Shown here: in pieces, positions 51,020-60,800 of the stretch | Layout: each line of letters starts with the position of its first letter | Position numbering within the stretch: the stretch's first letter is position 1 | Assembly (NCBI GenBank): GCA_016286245.1 | Contig: JAEESG010000002.1 | Coordinates: 1-63,432, forward strand | Direction: 5' to 3' | DNA from: Clostridiales bacterium | GTDB taxonomy: Bacteria > Bacillota > Clostridia > Oscillospirales > CAG-382 | Length of the DNA: 63,432 bases | Position numbers and translations under genes: made by a program | Notes under the pieces: generated by a model | What the model saw: the letters and a program-made list of their open reading frames with translations, nothing else | Told to the model about the DNA's origin: nothing | Database searches by the model: none

Positions 51020-51736
51020 ATGAGTCTCGTTCTTGACGGAATAATACTACTGATATTCATAATTTTTATAGCGGCGGGCGTAAAAAAAGGTTTTGTCAAA
51101 TCGGCGCTCGGAATAGTTTCAACCGCAGCGGCGGTAATTATCGCGATAAATCTGTATCCTTTTGCCGCGGGAATGATAAGGGACACCGTGGTTTATAAAA
51201 ATCTGACGGACAATCTCAACGAAAAAATAAGCGAATACGTGGGCGGAGCGGTTGACGAGGAAAATCTCTCGGAGCTCATCGACAACGCGCCGACCGGCTT
51301 TAAGATATTGCTTTCGGGCTTCGGAACGAACGTAAACGAAGTAAAGGAAAAGTTTTCGGAAATAGTAAAGAGCGGAGAAGAGGGCGCGTCGGAAAAAATC
51401 GCCGACTACATAGTAAACCCCGCGGCGGAAATGGTTTCAAACGCGCTTGCGGTAATACTTCTGTTTCTGGTTTCGCTTCTCGTCTTAAATCTGCTTATAC
51501 TTTTGCTTGACCTCGTGTTCAAGCTTCCCGTGCTCAAAACGGCAAATAAGTTTCTGGGCGGAGTCGCGGGCTTTCTTGCGGCGCTTATCGTGTCGCTTCT
51601 GTTCTGCACTGCGGTAAACATCGCGCTTCCGTATCTTTCGGGCGCGGGAATTCCCGTCGACGCGCAGACCGCAAAGGGAGCGTTTCTGTTCTCGTCGCTT
51701 TCCGAAATAAACCCGCTGGCTTTCATTTACAGGTAA
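51020..51736 (+). CDS. cvpA: CvpA family membrane protein
   Basis: N-terminus DGIILLIFIIFIAAGVKKGFVKS.. and the four-TM layout are typical of colicin V production protein homologues. Confidence 0.75.
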   Translation: MSLVLDGIILLIFIIFIAAGVKKGFVKSALGIVSTAAAVIIAINLYPFAAGMIRDTVVYKNLTDNLNEKISEYVGGAVDEENLSELIDNAPTGFKILLSGFGTNVNEVKEKFSEIVKSGEEGASEKIADYIVNPAAEMVSNALAVILLFLVSLLVLNLLILLLDLVFKLPVLKTANKFLGGVAGFLAALIVSLLFCTAVNIALPYLSGAGIPVDAQTAKGAFLFSSLSEINPLAFIYR

Positions 51737-51765
51737 TATATCAATAACGGAGGAAATAAAAATAT

Positions 51766-52359
51766 ATGGAATTCCAGAAAATAAAGAACGTTCCCAACAT
51801 ACTTTCCGTAATACGGATACTTCTCGTTCCGGTATTCGTAATACTGCTGCTTTACGGATATTCGGTTGCGGCGACCGTCGTGTTCGTTGCGGCGGGGCTT
51901 ACGGACGTTCTTGACGGATATATTGCGAGAAAATACAACTGTATTACGACTCTCGGAAAAATAATAGACCCGCTTGCAGACAAGCTTATACAGGCGTCCG
52001 CGTTCGTGTGCCTGTGGATAATGAACTACATACCGTGGTGGATGCCTCTCATATATCTCATAAAAGAGTTACTGACGGTTATCGGCGCATACGTCGTGTT
52101 CAAAAAGAAAAAGTCGGTCGTTATGTCCAACTTTTTCGGAAAGCTTGCGACGGTGCTCGTTTTTGCGGGAATTGCGGCAGTACTGCTCTTCAAGGATAAG
52201 CTCAGTCAGACCGCGGTAACGGTTATCTGCATTGCGGTGGCCTCCTATTTCGTGATTTCTCTCGGCGCATATTTCATCAGCGAATTTTTGCTGAAAAATA
52301 AGGAAAAGAACACCGAAATTGCGGAAAATACAAAAGAAAACGAAGAATCAGATCAGTAA
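51766..52359 (+). CDS. pgsA: CDP-diacylglycerol--glycerol-3-phosphate 3-phosphatidyltransferase
   Basis: CDP-alcohol phosphatidyltransferase motif DVLDGYIARK....G...DPLADK. N-terminal NILSVIRILLVP. Confidence 0.85.
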   Translation: MEFQKIKNVPNILSVIRILLVPVFVILLLYGYSVAATVVFVAAGLTDVLDGYIARKYNCITTLGKIIDPLADKLIQASAFVCLWIMNYIPWWMPLIYLIKELLTVIGAYVVFKKKKSVVMSNFFGKLATVLVFAGIAAVLLFKDKLSQTAVTVICIAVASYFVISLGAYFISEFLLKNKEKNTEIAENTKENEESDQ

Positions 52360-52386
52360 AAAAGCAACCTTTTGAAAGGATAAAAT

Positions 52387-54744
52387 ATGGCGATACTTTG
52401 TAAAAGATGCGGAAAACGGCCCGCAGTGGTCTTTCTGCAGAAACTCGACAACGCCGGCAACAGTATCATGAAAGAGGGATACTGCCTTGTCTGCGCAAAG
52501 GAAATAGGCATAAAACCCGTAACGGAAATGCTCGATAAACTCGGAATAGACGACGAACAGCTCGACGAGATGGGCGACGAGCTTTCGGGAATGATGGAAG
52601 GCATGGGCTTTCTGCCCGAAAACGAGGAACCCGATGACGAGGACGATATTGAAAACGAGGGAGACGAGGGAGAGGACGCCGAGAGCGAAACCAAAACCCC
52701 GTCCATAAACCTGGGCTCGATTTTCGGAAATCTCGGCAATTTCGGCGGCGACAGGGAGCAGTTCGGCGCAAAGCAGGATATAAAAAAGAAAAAAGCGCAG
52801 AAAGGCAGAAAAAACCTCGACGCGTTTACGCTCAACCTTACCGAAAAAGCCCGCCGCGGAGAAATCGACCGCGTTATCGGCAGGGAAAACGAGCTTGAAA
52901 GAACGATACAGATTCTCTGCCGCCGGCAGAAAAACAACCCGTGCCTCATAGGTGAGCCGGGCGTCGGCAAAACGGCGATAGCCGAGGCGCTGGCGCAGAA
53001 AATCGCACGCGGCGACGTGCCGAACAAACTCAAAAAGTGCGAGGTGTGCCTTCTTGACATGACAGCGCTCGTTGCGGGAACGCAGTTCAGAGGACAGTTT
53101 GAAAACCGTATGAAAGGGCTTGTCGATGAGGTTAAAAAGCTCGGAAACATCATACTCGTAATAGACGAAATTCACAATATCGTAGGCGCGGGGGACGCAG
53201 AGGGCGGAATGAACGCCGCGAATATATTGAAGCCCGCGCTTTCGAGGGGCGAAGTGCACGTTATCGGCGCGACGACCCTCTCGGAATACAGAAAATATAT
53301 TGAAAAGGATTCGGCGCTGGAACGCCGTTTTCAGCCGATAATAATAACCGAGCCGTCGGTTTCGCAGACGGTTGACATATTAAAAGGAATAAAACAGTAT
53401 TACGAGGAGTTTCACGGGATAACCGTTCCCGACGAGACTGTGGAAAAAGCCGTAATGCTTTCCGAAAGGTATATTACCGACAGATTTCTGCCCGACAAGG
53501 CGATAGACCTTCTCGACGAGGCTTCTTCTTATCTTGCGCTGCACAGCCCCGAGATTGCAAACGAGGAAAACGCAAGAGCGGAGCTTGAAAAGGCGAACGC
53601 CGAGCTTGCAAAGCTTGAGGCGAACGCGCCGGCAGAGGAAAACGCGCAGGAAACCGAAAAATATTACGAGGACACCGCCCAAGCAAAGACAAAGGTCGCA
53701 AAATGCGAGAAAAATCTCGAAAAATACGCAAAACTGCGCAAAAACGTCGTTCTTCTGCCCGAACATATCGCAAAGGTAATCGAAATATGGACAGGTGTGC
53801 CCGCAAGCACGATAAACGAAAACGAGTTTGAGAGAATCGACAGGCTTGCAGAACGCCTCAAAAAGAGAATAATCGGTCAGGACAAGGCGGTAGACGCCGT
53901 CGCAAAGGCGATAAAACGGCAGAGAGCCGGCATTTCCGCAAAGAGAAAGCCGACGTCGTTCATTTTCGCGGGCCCCACGGGAGTCGGCAAGACCGAGCTT
54001 GTAAAAACGCTCGCGTCGGACCTTTTTGATTCCCCCGAGTCGCTGATACGCCTTGATATGTCGGAATTTATGGAAAAGCACTCGGTGTCGAGAATCATAG
54101 GCTCGCCGCCGGGATATGTCGGATACGACGAGGCGGGACAGCTCACCGAAAAAATACGCCGCAGGCCGTATTCCGTTGTGCTGTTCGATGAAATAGAAAA
54201 GGCGCACCCCGACGTGCTCAATATACTTCTTCAGATACTTGACGACGGAAGAATAACCGACGCGCACGGCAAGGAAGTCGATTTCTGCAACACGATAATC
54301 GTCATGACCACAAACGCGGGCTCTGTCGGCACGTCCGCCGCGGCGGGCTTTTCAAAGTCGGCGTCGGAGGTAAACGAGGACAAGACGATGAAGGCGTTGA
54401 ACGCCTTTCTGCGCCCCGAATTCATAAACAGAATAGACGAGATAATCACGTTCAACCAGCTTACGAAGGAAAATTTCGTAAGCATAGCGAAGATAATGAT
54501 AAACGAGCTTGCCGAAACGCTCAAACAGAAAAATGCGGCTCTTTCGTGCGAAGAGTCCGTTTACGGCATACTTGCCGAAAAGTCGTTCTCGCTCAAATAC
54601 GGCGCGAGAAACCTGCGCCGGTATATCCGCACGGAAATCGAGGACAAGGCGGCGGAGCTTATCGTTTCGAGCTACGACTCGAAAATTTCGGGAATATCGA
54701 TATATGATGAAAACGGCGAAATAAAGGTTGCAATAATAAAATAA
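52387..54744 (+). CDS. Class I Clp/Hsp100 AAA+ ATPase with an N-terminal CxxC...CxxC zinc finger (ClpE-like)
   Basis: N-terminus CKRCGKRPA...CLVCAKE followed by an acidic linker. Two AAA modules ([12 protein letters not shown] and [12 protein letters not shown]). A coiled-coil middle region and an ..AAGFSK.. ClpP-loop-like tripeptide. Confidence 0.8.
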   Translation: MAILCKRCGKRPAVVFLQKLDNAGNSIMKEGYCLVCAKEIGIKPVTEMLDKLGIDDEQLDEMGDELSGMMEGMGFLPENEEPDDEDDIENEGDEGEDAESETKTPSINLGSIFGNLGNFGGDREQFGAKQDIKKKKAQKGRKNLDAFTLNLTEKARRGEIDRVIGRENELERTIQILCRRQKNNPCLIGEPGVGKTAIAEALAQKIARGDVPNKLKKCEVCLLDMTALVAGTQFRGQFENRMKGLVDEVKKLGNIILVIDEIHNIVGAGDAEGGMNAANILKPALSRGEVHVIGATTLSEYRKYIEKDSALERRFQPIIITEPSVSQTVDILKGIKQYYEEFHGITVPDETVEKAVMLSERYITDRFLPDKAIDLLDEASSYLALHSPEIANEENARAELEKANAELAKLEANAPAEENAQETEKYYEDTAQAKTKVAKCEKNLEKYAKLRKNVVLLPEHIAKVIEIWTGVPASTINENEFERIDRLAERLKKRIIGQDKAVDAVAKAIKRQRAGISAKRKPTSFIFAGPTGVGKTELVKTLASDLFDSPESLIRLDMSEFMEKHSVSRIIGSPPGYVGYDEAGQLTEKIRRRPYSVVLFDEIEKAHPDVLNILLQILDDGRITDAHGKEVDFCNTIIVMTTNAGSVGTSAAAGFSKSASEVNEDKTMKALNAFLRPEFINRIDEIITFNQLTKENFVSIAKIMINELAETLKQKNAALSCEESVYGILAEKSFSLKYGARNLRRYIRTEIEDKAAELIVSSYDSKISGISIYDENGEIKVAIIK

Positions 54745-54757
54745 AGGAGATTTTTGT

Positions 54758-55612
54758 ATGAAAGACAGCGTAGCTTTACTTGTAATGGCGGCGGGAATGG
54801 GAAGCCGGTTCGGAGGCTTAAAGCAGATAGAGCCTGTCGGCCCGCACGGCGAAGTAATTCTGGAATATTCGGTTTACGACGCGGTTGAAGCGGGCTTTGG
54901 CAAGGTAATATTCGTGATAAAAAAGGAAATCGAAAGTGATTTCCGCAAGATTATCGGCAAAAGAATCGAAAAAATGACGGACGTCGAATATGCGTTCCAG
55001 GATATAAACGATCTTCCCGCGCCTTTTACCGTTCCCGAGGGAAGAGTAAAACCGTGGGGCACGGGACACGCGGTGCTTTCGGCAAAGAAATTCATAGATT
55101 CCCCGTTTGCGGTTATAAACGCCGACGACTTTTACGGCAAGGGCGGATACAAAAAGATAAAAGAGCACTTTGACGAGAGTAAAGAAATGTGCATGGTGGG
55201 CTACAAGCTTCAGAACACCGTTTCCGAAAACGGAACGGTCGCAAGAGGCGTGTGCGAGATAAAGGACGGCTACCTTGCGGGCGTAACTGAACACCTTGCG
55301 ATTCCGAAGGACAACGATTTTCCCGAGGATACCATAGTATCGATGAATATGTTCGGCTTTATGCCCAAGCTCATCGACGAACTTGACGAGGGCTTTCCGA
55401 AATTCCTTGCCGAGCAGGGAAAGGAGCTCAAAAGCGAGTACCTGCTTCCGAGAATTGTCGACAAGATGATAAAGGTTGACGGAGAAAAGGTAAAGGTCCT
55501 CTATACCGACGACAAGTGGTACGGAGTAACGTACAGAGAGGACAAACCGTCGGTCGTAAACGCTATAGCCGAACTTTGCGCAAAGGGAAACTACGACAAA
55601 TTCAAGGCGTAA
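54758..55612 (+). CDS. Sugar-phosphate nucleotidyltransferase family protein
   Basis: N-terminal LVMAAGMGSRFGGLKQ (GxGxR nucleotide-binding loop) and ..VINADDFYG... 284 aa. Confidence 0.7.
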   Translation: MKDSVALLVMAAGMGSRFGGLKQIEPVGPHGEVILEYSVYDAVEAGFGKVIFVIKKEIESDFRKIIGKRIEKMTDVEYAFQDINDLPAPFTVPEGRVKPWGTGHAVLSAKKFIDSPFAVINADDFYGKGGYKKIKEHFDESKEMCMVGYKLQNTVSENGTVARGVCEIKDGYLAGVTEHLAIPKDNDFPEDTIVSMNMFGFMPKLIDELDEGFPKFLAEQGKELKSEYLLPRIVDKMIKVDGEKVKVLYTDDKWYGVTYREDKPSVVNAIAELCAKGNYDKFKA

Positions 55613-55624
55613 AATCAAAAACAA

Positions 55625-55651
55625 AAAATCGCGGCGATGCCGTGATTTTTT
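55625..55651 (+). terminator. Rho-independent terminator
   Basis: Hairpin aaaatcgcggc/gccgtgatttt, followed by a T-run. Confidence 0.5.
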
Positions 55652-55709
55652 GTCCCGAAACGCAAACTCAAAAAATTATGTAAACTTATTTTCGAAAGGA
55701 AGCATAAAA

Positions 55710-57569
55710 ATGGGCGAAAGTATAAAAAGGGGCGGAATATCGGTTGAAACGGGGAATATTTTCCCGGTAATTAAGAAATGGCTGTATTCCGACAAGGATA
55801 TTTTCGTAAGGGAGCTCGTGTCAAACTGCAGCGACGCGATAACCAAGCACAAACGCCTTGTATCGCTGTCGGAAGCAAAGGACGACGGAAAACCGTACAG
55901 AATCACGGTAAAGCTCGACCGAGACCTCGGAACGCTGACCTTCTCCGACAACGGAATAGGCATGAACGAGGAGGAAGTCGACAGATATATAAATCAGATA
56001 GCGCTTTCGGGAGCGATTGACTTCATACAGAAGTACGAGAGCGAATCGGACGCTTCGGGGGACGGAATTATCGGACATTTCGGACTCGGATTTTATTCGG
56101 CGTTCATGATAGCAAACAAGGTGGAGATTTTCTCGAAATCGTGGAAAAACGAAAAGGCGGTTCACTGGACGGGAAACGACGAGGGAGAATATGAGATGTC
56201 GGAAACCGACGAAAAGACCGACCGCGGCACCGACGTCGTGCTTCATATAAACGATGAGGAAAAGGAATATGCGACGGCGTTCAAAATCAAGGAAATCCTC
56301 GAAAAATTCTGCGCATTTATGCCTTACGAGATTTTTTTTGAGGACGAAAGCACGGAAAAAAGCGGAAAAGAGGAGCAAAAGCCGATAAACGACACGAATC
56401 CCTTGTGGACGAAGCGCCCGTCCGACTGCACCAAAGAGGAATACATTGAATTTTACAAAAAGGTGTTCGGGGATTATAAGGAGCCGCTGTTTTATATCCA
56501 CATAAACGCGGAATATCCGCTGAATTTCAGGGGCATACTGTATTTTCCCGCGTTTGAGAGCGAATTTGCGAATTACGAGGGGCAGGTCAAGCTGTTTTAC
56601 AACCGTGTTTTCGTGGCGGATAATATAAAGGAAGTGATTCCCGAATATCTGCTGCTGTTGAAGGGCGTCATCGACTGCCCCGAGCTTCCGCTCAACGTCT
56701 CGAGAAGCTATCTGCAGTCGAACGGCTACGTAAACAAGATTTCTTCCCATATAATTAAAAAGGTATGCGACAAAATCAACTCGATGTTTGCAAACGAACG
56801 CGAAAACTATGAAAAAATATGGGAAGACCTGCGGATTTTCGTGGAATACGGCTGTCTTAAGGACGATAAATTTTTCTCAAAGGTAAAGGATTCCGTGATT
56901 TACAAGACGACCGACGGAAAATTCCTTACAATTAAAGAATATGCGGCAAACGAAAACTTCAAGGGAAAAATATATTACACCGACGACAAAAAACAGCAGT
57001 TTTCGTATATCTCCATGCTTACAAGGCAGAACGTGCCGGTAGTCGAGTTCGATAAGCTTATCGACGTGCAGTTTGCGTCTGCGGTCGAGGGAAAAGACTA
57101 CGGCGAAGAGCTGAAGGACGTAAAATTCGTGCGCGTCGACAGTGAAACGGGCGATATAATAAAGGAACAAAACGGAGAACCCGCAGAGGAATACGCCCCG
57201 CTTGTAAAATTGTTCGAAGAAGCGCTTTCAAAAGGCGAAAAACTGAAAATAAAGGCGGAAAGCCTCAAAGACGGCAGAATTCCCGCACTTCTCAACGTCT
57301 CCGAGGAGTCGAGGAGAATGGCCGACATGATGAAGATGTACGGCGCGGGCGCGGGTGCGTTCCCCGTAGAAACGACGCTCGTGCTGAACGCGTCGAATTC
57401 GCTGATTCAAAAACTGTTTTCGCAGGCGAAGGACGGAAAAACAAACGAAATATCAAATCAAATCGCAAAGCAGATTTATATGCACGCGCTGGTCTCGCTG
57501 CGCCCGCTTGAACCCGACGAACTCGAGGAACTTACAGACGGTACGGCGGCGCTTTTGGAAAAACTTTGA
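55710..57569 (+). CDS. htpG: Molecular chaperone HtpG (Hsp90 family)
   Basis: ..IFVRELVSNCSDAI.. GHKL ATP-binding motif, ..DNGIGM.. and ..GHFGLGFYS... ATG at 55710 follows AAAGGAAG. Confidence 0.9.
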   Translation: MGESIKRGGISVETGNIFPVIKKWLYSDKDIFVRELVSNCSDAITKHKRLVSLSEAKDDGKPYRITVKLDRDLGTLTFSDNGIGMNEEEVDRYINQIALSGAIDFIQKYESESDASGDGIIGHFGLGFYSAFMIANKVEIFSKSWKNEKAVHWTGNDEGEYEMSETDEKTDRGTDVVLHINDEEKEYATAFKIKEILEKFCAFMPYEIFFEDESTEKSGKEEQKPINDTNPLWTKRPSDCTKEEYIEFYKKVFGDYKEPLFYIHINAEYPLNFRGILYFPAFESEFANYEGQVKLFYNRVFVADNIKEVIPEYLLLLKGVIDCPELPLNVSRSYLQSNGYVNKISSHIIKKVCDKINSMFANERENYEKIWEDLRIFVEYGCLKDDKFFSKVKDSVIYKTTDGKFLTIKEYAANENFKGKIYYTDDKKQQFSYISMLTRQNVPVVEFDKLIDVQFASAVEGKDYGEELKDVKFVRVDSETGDIIKEQNGEPAEEYAPLVKLFEEALSKGEKLKIKAESLKDGRIPALLNVSEESRRMADMMKMYGAGAGAFPVETTLVLNASNSLIQKLFSQAKDGKTNEISNQIAKQIYMHALVSLRPLEPDELEELTDGTAALLEKL

Positions 57570-57722
57570 GCCGCGTTTTGTGGAAAATGCATAAAAGCAG
57601 GAAAAATTTGTAAAAAGCAAATACTATATATTGTGGTATTCCGACAAAATACTACATTATACAGAGGGGCATTGATATTTGTAACAATTCTATTATTTGC
57701 GTTTTTATTTCGTTTGTAGCTA

Positions 57723-57751
57723 TTGACAACGAAAATTAAATATTGTATAAT
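57723..57751 (+). promoter_or_regulatory. Consensus sigma-A promoter for the second SLH protein gene
   Basis: TTGACA (57723-28), 17 nt, TATAAT (57746-51). Confidence 0.65.
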
Positions 57752-57817
57752 TATTTTGTAATTTTATACAGATGTCATAATCAGATGTCAAAGTATACAA
57801 AAAAGGAGTGCAACCTA

Positions 57818-60800
57818 ATGAAAAAAACGATAAGCTTAATTCTCTGCGTATTAATGCTTGTTTCGGCGTTCTCGACGGGACTTACGGTATTTGCGCAGGA
57901 AACGGCGGAGTTGTTTGAAACGGGAACCTGCAAGGTAACGTTTGCAGGCGACGTAACGGGACTTCCCGCACCGATAGAAGTTCCTGCGGGAACGGAAATC
58001 GACATAACCGAATACTATGACGGAGTAGCGTCAAGTATCGCGGGACTGAATTTCAACGGCTGGTCGACAACCGGAAAATTCGAAGACCTCATCGTAAAGA
58101 ACTATAAGGTAACGAAAGACGTTACTCTTTACGCCGAAGTATCGGTAAATATAAACTTCGCTGTTCAGGCCAGAGGAGCCGGTATGAACAACTGGAGTGT
58201 AAACAACGGCTCGGCGAAGCTTGACGAAGACAGCCAGGGCGTTATAATTACGGCTACGGGCTTAGCTCCGTACATTTACCGCTCGAGCAAGCTTTACAGC
58301 GTTCCGGCCGCAAAATACGCGTCGGCGCTCGTTTACGTTGACGCCGAGTACAAGAACGGCCCGAATGATCTCAGCGACGTTGGAGATAAATTCCAGTTTA
58401 TGTTCTTTGCACCCGACACGAACTTCTCCAAGGCGGTAAGCGGTACTGTTATCGCCGTAGGCGAACAGCAGGGCAGAAAAATCGCCGTTGTACAGTGCAA
58501 TCTTTACACAAGCGCAAGCTGGACGGGCACGATAGGCTCTTTCAGACTCGACGCGTGGGAAGAACAGAGCGACTGGGAAATATACGGCGTGCAGTTTATT
58601 GAAGCAGGTACGTTTGACGAAGATCTGATTCCGATAACCGAGCTCGACGCACCGAAGACGGGTGCTGAACCCAGCACGTACGCTCTCTGCGCTAAAGAAG
58701 ATATCGGTAAGGTTCAGTCGATTACATGGTCTCCCGCAATGCCGACAGGCGTGTTCGAGGAAGGAACTGCTTACACGGCTACAATCACGGTTGCACCCAA
58801 GGAAAGAACCGGTAAACTCTTTGCACAGGATATGGAAGCTACCGTAAACGGCAACACGGCGGAATGCTTCGTTGATCCCGATACGGCGCTCGCAACGGTT
58901 ACATACACCTTCCCGCCGACTGAAAATTACGTTGTTTTCTCAATGGAAATTTCCGGTCCGAAGGAAATCGCAAAGGCGGCAAGAGCAGTGCAGTATAAGG
59001 CAAACTTCTACAGCACGAGGGACGTTCCCAACAAGGACGTTATCTGGTCGGTTGAACCTGTAACCGGCGGTGCTTCCATAGATGAAGAAGGAAAACTCGT
59101 TCCTCAGAAGAACGGTACCGTAAAGGTAGTTGCTACCTCCACGTACAACCCGAAGGTTACGGCTTCCTATGAAGTCAATATCATAAATCAGGCTAAAGCG
59201 GGTACTTTGAGATACAGATCCAACACGACGGACAGAGTATCGAACCTCCCCGCCGCACAGAGAAACGTTTCAGGTCTTGTTAAGCTTTCAAAGCAGATAC
59301 CGACAAGAGCCGGATACTTCTTCTACGGCTGGGCAACGAGCGACGAAAGCGTTGACATTGTCGATGAAGTAAACGTAAACGGCGACACTGACGTGTACGC
59401 GGTATGGGTAAAGGGCGTTGAATACGGATTCAACGGCGAAGTTGACTCGCCGTGGGCTGTTGAAGAAGGTACGCTTACCCAGAAACCTAATTATATCACT
59501 CTTGCAAACGGCAACGCAACAAATGCCGCCATTACCGCATGGGACGGTCTTAATCTCGACACCCAGGCATACAACCAGATAATGATAAGAATGGCATGCG
59601 ACAAGAGCACGCAGCTGTCTTTGTACTTCAAGAACACAGACACGAGCTGGTCTGAACAGAGAACACTCAACTATACCTATCAGGCGCTCGGACTTCCCGA
59701 AGAAAACGATATGGAAAGCGACAATTGGTTTATTCACATGTTCGACGTTTCCTCAAGCTCTTTGTGGACGTATTCCGATCTTACGGGTATCAGAGCGTTC
59801 CTCGTAAGAGGCGCACAGAACGCAACGGCATACCTTGACTATATAAGAATTCTCGACACGTCCAGAACGATAAGATTCAGATCCGAAGGCAAGCCCGCAA
59901 ACATGCCCGACACGATGACGGTTAAGTTCGGCGACACGATCACCATCACAAAGGAACCCACGCGTGAAGGCTATCAGTTCATCGGCTGGTCCAAGGACGA
60001 AGACGACGACGGAACGGGCGCAAAGAAGAACTTCCTCGTTACAGACGACTATATACTCTACGCAATATGGAACGAAGAAGTTGAACTCAATCCCATAAAT
60101 GAAGGCGGACTTATCAAGAACGAAATCGGCGACATAGACGCAGGCATGGCAGTTCTTGCAAAGACGACGGCAGGCAGAGACGTTCCCGTTACGATTACCT
60201 TCGACGGCGGCGAAAAGGTTGCCTCCACGAACGGATACGGATTCGCCGTATTTGAATTCGACGACGACGTTGAAAACGCGGTAATCTCGATGTCCAGCAA
60301 CTTTGAATTCGTAAGCATCGTTATCACCGCTCCCGAAATCGCAGACAGAAAAGCAAACGAAGTTAAGACATCGGGCGGCAGCGGAAACGAAGAAGGCGCA
60401 GCTCCGAAGACCTATTACGGAGACGAAACCAAATCCACGAACCTCACCACCGCAGGAAAGATAGTTCCCGAAATGTCAAAGCCGGGACCCGTTCCTCCGG
60501 GACTTGCACAGGGCCAGGTTGGTGAAGACGCTTCTCCTAAGGATAAGACGAGAGCAGGCGGCGACATCATATTCAACTTCAATAACGACGCCGATAAGGA
60601 CTTCTTCGGCTGGTACCGTCAGACGAAACTCGAATATAAAGACGGTATAGCAAAGATTATCTCCGCAGGTATCGGAAACAGCGACGGTATCTCCTTCAAC
60701 TCGGTAGGTAACCTTGAAATAGATCCTAAGACGCACAGATACGTTGTATTCTATGCAAAACAGGAAGGCTATACCAATTCCCAGATAAGACTGTACTACA

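Noticed and set aside
55613-55709. A search for CIRCE (TTAGCACTC-N9-GAGTGCTAA) upstream of htpG, and for CtsR boxes upstream of the clp gene.
   Set aside because: No match was seen by eye, so no heat-shock operator is annotated.
57769-57790. Direct repeat CAGATGTCA x2 in the leader of the second SLH protein gene, considered as a regulatory site.
   Set aside because: The repeat is too short (9 nt) to separate from chance without comparative data. It is mentioned under the gene finding only.
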